A stretch of 64,000 bases of DNA, taken from the NCBI GenBank assembly GCA_965218425.1, contig OZ244621.1, forward strand, positions 3,456,001 to 3,520,000, in the 5' to 3' direction. Under the pieces are notes generated by a model, which was not told the origin of the DNA, ran no database searches, and saw only the letters and a list, made by a program, of their open reading frames with translations. Numbering within the stretch: the first letter of the stretch is position 1; every line of letters starts with the position of its first letter. This document shows positions 58,651 to 64,000 of this stretch, one piece after another. A program made the translations under genes and the position numbers. The stretch comes from an uncultured Candidatus Binatia bacterium (GTDB lineage Bacteria; Desulfobacterota; Binatia; UBA9968; CAXXLF01).

Positions 58651-59727
58651 ATGGTCTACTTTATTAACAATGATGACGTGCAGAGGCTGCTTTCGCTGGG
58701 AGATTGCATGGACGCGACGGAAAAGGCCTACCGGGAGTGGGATGCGGGGCAGGCGGCAATAAGGTCAAAGACTTCTCTGTACGTCTACAATCGGGAGGAG
58801 AACACCCGTTACAACTTCACCAGCATGGAAGGGGCGGTTGAGAGTCTAGGCATATTCGCCATTAGAATGCGATCGGATATTGAAAGACGGCTTTCAGCTT
58901 CTGTTATGGGGCGGTTACCAGCGGGAACGGAGAAGGGATACTGCGGCCTGATTCTCCTTTTCAGTACCAAAACGAAGGAACCTCTAGCGATTATCAACGA
59001 TGGATATATCCAGCACGCTCGGGTTGCGGCTGTTGCGGGGATTGCCGCAAAGTATTTAGCCCGCGAAGATGCGTCGGTGCTGTGCCTGTTAGGTTCCCAA
59101 TGGATGGCCCGGACCCATGCGATGGCATTCAGTGAATCCAGGCCAATAAAGGTCATTCAGGTCTACAGCCCCACAAAGGAGCACCGGGAGGCATTTGGCC
59201 GCGAAGTTGGCGACCGACTCGGTGTGGAAGTTCGTGTGAAGAGCAGTGCCGAGGAAGCTGTCAGGGGAGCCCATATCGTTGCATGTTGTACTGATTCTCA
59301 CCGAAAGGCGGTTCTTCAGGGTGAATGGCTGGAAGAAGGGATGTTTATCAGCAATGTATTGGCCGCGGAGCTAGACGAGAAAACCATGGCTCGAATCGAC
59401 TATACCGTAAAAAACCAACCCCTGAGGAATCTGGACTCGGCCGTGAATATTGCTGGAGTGCCGCCGGAAGGAGTAGCATCGCCCAGCGAGGGCAGGGGCT
59501 GGCTCAAACAGGTGAGCCGGGAAACTCCTCTTCTCTCGGAGGTGATCACGGGAAAGGCCAAGGGCCGACTCAACCCTAGGCAAATAACATTCTTTTGCAA
59601 TAACGAAGGTACCGGCATTCAGTTTGCCGCCGCTGGCGCTGCCATACTATCCAAGCTGAAAGAAAAAGGCTTGGGAGGTATCAAGGAGGTGCCGTCGAAA
59701 TGGTTTTTTCAGGACATTCCGGATTGA
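58651..59727 (+). CDS. OCD/mu-crystallin family protein
   Basis: IRMRSD, EPLAIIND..IQHARVAA, YSPT, GRLNPRQIT, GIQFAAAG. Confidence 0.92.
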   Translation: MVYFINNDDVQRLLSLGDCMDATEKAYREWDAGQAAIRSKTSLYVYNREENTRYNFTSMEGAVESLGIFAIRMRSDIERRLSASVMGRLPAGTEKGYCGLILLFSTKTKEPLAIINDGYIQHARVAAVAGIAAKYLAREDASVLCLLGSQWMARTHAMAFSESRPIKVIQVYSPTKEHREAFGREVGDRLGVEVRVKSSAEEAVRGAHIVACCTDSHRKAVLQGEWLEEGMFISNVLAAELDEKTMARIDYTVKNQPLRNLDSAVNIAGVPPEGVASPSEGRGWLKQVSRETPLLSEVITGKAKGRLNPRQITFFCNNEGTGIQFAAAGAAILSKLKEKGLGGIKEVPSKWFFQDIPD

Positions 59728-59946
59728 TGTCACTACCTGAGTTTTGGTTGGGGAATGCTTCGACATAGTATGCGTATGCGCCTGACGGGGTTTATACCAA
59801 ACCCGGAGTCTGTTATGAGTGGGTGAGTTTGATTAGGGACGTTATTCGGTGGGCGGAGAGGCAAGATGTTATTGTTCTAATATTCAAATATATCAGTTAG
59901 ATGAATTCTATTATCTAATAATTTACATTAGCCAAGGAATGTCGTT

Positions 59947-61119
59947 GTGTTAGAGCAAGAAACAAACGAACTCTTGTGCCGGGTGGGTTCCGGCACACCC
60001 ATGGGCGATTTACTTCGACGCTATTGGATGCCCGTTGCGCCCAAGGTCGAGGTTGATGAGAAGGGTAAACGGCCCGTGAAGATTTTGGACGAGGACCTGC
60101 TGATCTTCAAAGACGGAAAAGGTCGATACGGACTTGTCCAGGAAGCTTGCTCGCACAGGGGTACCTCCCTCTCCTACGGCATGATAGAGGAGGATGGAAT
60201 TCGGTGCCCCTATCATGGCTGGAAATACGACGTCAACGGGAAATGCCTCGAGCAACCCGCGGAGCCTCCCGAAAGCACCTTTAAGGATACGATCAAACAC
60301 CCCGCGTATCCCGTGCGAGAATTAGGGGGCTTGTTATTTGCTTACCTGGGCCCGCAACCGGTTCCATTGCTCCCCAATTACGACATCCTGGTGCGGGAGG
60401 ACTGGGTGCGCCGCATCGAGATCCATCCGGTGCTTGACTGTAACTGGTTACAGCCCATGGAGAACTCGGTGGATCCGGCTCACCTCTACTGGCTCCATGG
60501 CCTTACAGGCGGGGCGCCGGCCACTCGAGACGAACGCATGGAATTCGAGCTCTTCGAGTATGGGATGTACAAATATCACTACGGGCGAAAGCGGATGGAA
60601 GTCCACCCTGTGGTATTTCCCAACATCCTAAGAGGAACCGGCAACGTAATTCACTACAGGGTTCCCGTGGATGACACCCACACGAGAATCATCTATGTCA
60701 TTTACTCCCCCACCCAGGACGGAAAGCCCAGCGGGCAAGAGGAAGTTCCATTCAAGTACATTGGCCCCATCAAAGAAGCTTACGATGACTTTGGATTTCA
60801 AAGGTACAAGCACCATATGAAGACCTTTGCCAGTCAGGATGCCATGGCGTGGGAAACCCAGGGTCCAATGGCGGATCGAACCAAAGAGCACCTGGCGTCC
60901 AGTGACCGGGGTATCGTAATGTTTCGCCAAATGCTTCGCCTTCAGATGGAAGCGGTGAAAAGAGGCGAGGATCCCATGGGTGTCATAAGAGAACCAGAGA
61001 AAAACAGGCTGATTGAATTCAAGGTTCAGATGGTGGATCGAGAGACCGGAAAGGAGATCCCCATCTCTAATTATGACGAGAGGAGCTTTGCCAAGCCCAT
61101 CAGCGAAAGAAGAAGGTGA
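59947..61119 (+). CDS. Rieske oxygenase alpha subunit (phthalate 4,5-dioxygenase-like)
   Basis: CSH...CPYH; ENSVDPAHLYWLH; QDAMAWETQG. Confidence 0.95.
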   Translation: MLEQETNELLCRVGSGTPMGDLLRRYWMPVAPKVEVDEKGKRPVKILDEDLLIFKDGKGRYGLVQEACSHRGTSLSYGMIEEDGIRCPYHGWKYDVNGKCLEQPAEPPESTFKDTIKHPAYPVRELGGLLFAYLGPQPVPLLPNYDILVREDWVRRIEIHPVLDCNWLQPMENSVDPAHLYWLHGLTGGAPATRDERMEFELFEYGMYKYHYGRKRMEVHPVVFPNILRGTGNVIHYRVPVDDTHTRIIYVIYSPTQDGKPSGQEEVPFKYIGPIKEAYDDFGFQRYKHHMKTFASQDAMAWETQGPMADRTKEHLASSDRGIVMFRQMLRLQMEAVKRGEDPMGVIREPEKNRLIEFKVQMVDRETGKEIPISNYDERSFAKPISERRR

Positions 61120-61204
61120 TTTGCTTCGAACCCGGCAAACATTTTGCAACTTGCCTTTATGATCCCCTTCAGAAATCTGCCGTGAAATGCCGGCGGAGAT
61201 TGCC

Positions 61205-61909
61205 ATGGCTCTGAGTTTTTCCGAGCAGTTGAGAGCCCTTCGCGACAACAACCACAGCAAAGATCACCCCTTTTTTGAACTCTGGGCCCAGGGAAAGCTT
61301 ACCAAAAAGCAAACGGCCCTCTACTGCGTACAGCATCATCGTTATGTAACCGGCTACATCAATTGGCTCGCCTACGAATCGTCTCAAATCCCTCATCGTG
61401 ACGTGAAGCCCTATTTGTTCGAAAACCTGGGCGATGAGGAGAGTGAGGAAGACAGGCATCTCGATATGCTCATGGATTACGTTGCGGTCTGCGGGCTTCG
61501 CGCACAAGAGGTTGAGACCGGGAAAAGCCTCGCAGCCACAGAGGCGTTACAGAACTGGGGCTGGCGATTGGTGTACCAGTGGCCCTGGCAAGCTGCTTTG
61601 GCTGGTATGTTTATCGGCCTCGAGTCACAGTTCCTCGATATCTGCAAGAAGATCGTCCCCGCCCTCCACAGGCACTATGGTTGGCCTCAGGGCGCCCGGC
61701 AGATTCGCTTTTTCGAGCGGCACATTGCTGCTGACGAGATCCACGGGCGAAAGGGATTTGCCATCGTGGAAAAGTATTGTACAACCCAGGAGCACAGAGA
61801 GTTGGCGCTGAAAGCCGTGGAAGAAGCCACGCGCAAGCGTTAGGAGTACATGAACGGCATCTACTGGTTCGCTGTAAATGGAAGAGAGGATGACGCCCCA
61901 CGATTGTAG
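61205..61909 (+). pseudogene. Heme-oxygenase-like diiron oxidase (PqqC/CADD/TenA superfamily) with an in-frame TAG at 61841-61843
   Basis: HPFF, ENLGDE....H, GLESQ, FFERHIAADEIHG. After the TAG the frame continues EYMNGIYW..., matching the expected last helix. The gene may still be functional. Confidence 0.75.
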
Positions 61910-61996
61910 GAAGTTATTAGGAAAGCGAGTTCCTAGGGTGAGTTCATAGACCTCATGAAAGATGGCCCGCGTTCCTCGCGGTCCGAAAGGAACTTC

Positions 61997-63208
61997 ATGG
62001 CAACGACACAGGAAATATTGAAAGTGGGTATCGCAGGACTTGGGTTCGGCAGCACGGAATTCATTCCGACCCTGGAACGCCTGCCCCAGATCGAACTGGT
62101 TGGCGGTGCGGACCTCCGGCCTCAGGCCCGGGAATCATTCAAGGCACGCTTCGGTGGAAACGTTTACGAAAGCGTGGCGGAGCTTTGCGCTGACCCTGAG
62201 GTTGAGGCGGTTTGGATCTCTACCCCCAATCAATTTCATGCGGAGCACGCGGTCATTGCTGCCGAACATGGGAAGCACATGGTGGTTCGTAAGCCCCTGG
62301 GGATATCCATGGAGGAATGCAGCCGAGTCCTGGAAGCGGTGAATCGAAAGGGAGTGAAACTTCTTGCCGGCGGCCAGACCCAAGGCACGAGCCCCCTGGT
62401 TCATTGGCTGCGGCAGCTGGTGACGTCGGGAGAGTTAGGCCGGCTGAGAGCGATTCAATTACTGGCCTATACGGGTTGGATGATGCGGCCGCGCATGCCC
62501 CAGGAGGTGGACGATAGCCGGGGGGGTGGGGTCGTATGGCGCCAGGCTCCCCACCAGTTGGAGGTGGTGCGTACCATTGGAGGCGGGTTGGTCAGGAGCG
62601 TGCGCGCCATGACCGGGCGGTGGAGACCCGAGCGGCCCCACGGTACCGGCCACTACGCCGCTTTTCTCGAGTTTGAAGACGGGACCCCGGCGACCCTTAC
62701 CTATAATGGCTACGGGTTTTTCGACAGCGTGGAACTCACCACGTGGGGCGCGGATAAAGGACGCGAAGGGCGGGTGAAGTTCCGAAAGGCTCTGCTGAAC
62801 AAGGAGATGGATGAGGAGGCGGGCAAGGAGTCGACTCGGTTTGGAACAAAAGGGGAGAGAGTCGTTGTAGTTGGGGGAAGAGAAGGAAGGCCCTGGCTGC
62901 CGGGTAACCTGGGGCTGTTTATTGTAAGCTTTGATGAGGGCGATGTTCGCATGTCCTCCAAGGGACTGTGCATCCATGATCTCGAGGGGATCCGAGAGAT
63001 CGAGGTCAATCAACCGGGTGGGGAAGGCATGTCTCTGGACACGGAGGTAATGGAACTCTATAACGCAGTGAAGCATGGCCAGTCCCTGTTCCATGATGGA
63101 CCTTGGGGCATGGCCACTGCCGAGGTGCAATGGGCGATCCTGGAGTCGGCTCGGCGGCGGAGTGAAGTTTTTCTCAAGCATCAGGTCCCTGTGCCGCAGG
63201 GCCACTGA
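61997..63208 (+). CDS. Gfo/Idh/MocA oxidoreductase, phthalate 4,5-cis-dihydrodiol dehydrogenase-like
   Basis: VGIAGLG, ISTPNQFH, YTGWMMRPR..EVD..GGGVVWRQAPHQ, YNGYGFFD, HDGPWG. Confidence 0.88.
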   Translation: MATTQEILKVGIAGLGFGSTEFIPTLERLPQIELVGGADLRPQARESFKARFGGNVYESVAELCADPEVEAVWISTPNQFHAEHAVIAAEHGKHMVVRKPLGISMEECSRVLEAVNRKGVKLLAGGQTQGTSPLVHWLRQLVTSGELGRLRAIQLLAYTGWMMRPRMPQEVDDSRGGGVVWRQAPHQLEVVRTIGGGLVRSVRAMTGRWRPERPHGTGHYAAFLEFEDGTPATLTYNGYGFFDSVELTTWGADKGREGRVKFRKALLNKEMDEEAGKESTRFGTKGERVVVVGGREGRPWLPGNLGLFIVSFDEGDVRMSSKGLCIHDLEGIREIEVNQPGGEGMSLDTEVMELYNAVKHGQSLFHDGPWGMATAEVQWAILESARRRSEVFLKHQVPVPQGH

Positions 63209-63307
63209 GCCTCGGCGGGAAGAATTTTCATTGCCTGACAAATGTGATATCTTCGGGTAGCTTTCCGGGCCAGGAGAGTTTTTAAGTGCCTGAAAGGAGC
63301 GGACGAA

Positions 63308-64000
63308 ATGGCAGAGGATCAAATAGAGAAAATAGACGAATCGAAACTACCTCGAGTTGATACCTACCAGGAATGGCAGGAGTCCCAGGGAATCCCCATC
63401 GTCAGGGGTTTTTTTGTGCAAGATATAAAGACGCTGGAAGTTGCCCCCTGGGATCTCAAGGGCGGCCTTGCCTCCTTCGTCCAATTGGATGGCACCGGGG
63501 GGATCAACGATGCCTATGTGTGTGAGATTCCCGCGGGAGGGAAACTCAAGCCGCAAAAGCACATGTACGAAGAAATGGTTTATATCGCCAAGGGCCATGG
63601 GGCCACTTCCGTTTGGCAAAATGAGGGGAAGAAACACACCTTTGAGTGGGGGCCAGGGAGCCTCTTCGCCATACCCATGAATGCTCGTTACCAGCACTTC
63701 AACGGCAGCGGCAGTGAACCGGCCCGATACTTCGCAGTGACGAACGCCAGTTTCATGATGAATCTTTTTCATAACCTGGACTTTATTTTTGGAGATGATT
63801 TTTCGTTTACGGACCGGTTTGACCCCAACACCGATGATTTCTTCAGCGGCAAGGGAACTCTCTATGGCCGCTTTTTCATGTCCACCAATTTTGTGCCGGA
63901 CACGCACACGGTGCAATTGTACGACTACCGGGAGCGAGGCGCCGGGGGGAGCAACATCAAGTTTGATTTGGCCGGAAACACCATGTGCGCGCACATCTCG
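63308..64000 (+). CDS. Bicupin protein, paralogue of 37472-38539, truncated by the window end (missing from the ORF track)
   Basis: AGGAG RBS; MAEDQ...YQEWQESQGIPIVRGFFV...QKHMYEE...FEWGPGSLFAIP..YQHFN; open to the end. Confidence 0.9.
   Translation, partial: MAEDQIEKIDESKLPRVDTYQEWQESQGIPIVRGFFVQDIKTLEVAPWDLKGGLASFVQLDGTGGINDAYVCEIPAGGKLKPQKHMYEEMVYIAKGHGATSVWQNEGKKHTFEWGPGSLFAIPMNARYQHFNGSGSEPARYFAVTNASFMMNLFHNLDFIFGDDFSFTDRFDPNTDDFFSGKGTLYGRFFMSTNFVPDTHTVQLYDYRERGAGGSNIKFDLAGNTMCAHIS

Noticed and set aside
37065..61843. Genome-wide TAG reassignment or pyrrolysine explaining two in-frame ambers
   Set aside because: The sites imply different residues (Gln and Trp), each one transition away; TAG ends about half the genes; no pyl genes are in the window
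63347..63994. 215-aa minus-strand ORF
   Set aside because: Antisense to the real plus-strand bicupin starting at 63308
1..64000. CRISPR arrays, tRNA/rRNA genes, prophage or defence genes
   Set aside because: No repeat-spacer array, cloverleaf (including tRNA-Sec) or such protein motifs seen by eye; long repeats are explained by paralogous genes

Overview
Bacterial chromosomal window (about 55% GC by eye) with about 50 catabolic, redox and transport genes and no housekeeping, RNA or regulator genes. The gene families resemble Candidatus Binatota / Deltaproteobacteria-type MAGs (inference only). It holds 7 Rieske oxygenase alpha subunits (3 in tandem, 1 with a beta subunit), 6 ornithine cyclodeaminase/mu-crystallin (OCD) homologues, 5 amidohydrolases, 4 ABC substrate-binding proteins plus a permease and ATPase, 2 ThDP enzymes, 3 cupins, 2 diiron-type proteins and 2 molybdopterin enzymes. 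It also has a TauE-type exporter, an AprA/AsfA-like flavoprotein with ferredoxin, an apparently intact IS630 element and several disrupted genes. The main result is two selenoprotein genes that the ORF track splits or misses: an orphan PrdB/GrdB-like protein (10651-11496, UxxC) and an AhpD/CMD-like protein (38642-38902, CxxU). Each has an in-frame TGA followed by a SECIS-like hairpin, and each sits just upstream of an OCD homologue. The central block may be a desulfonation and sulfite-handling system (hypothesis).
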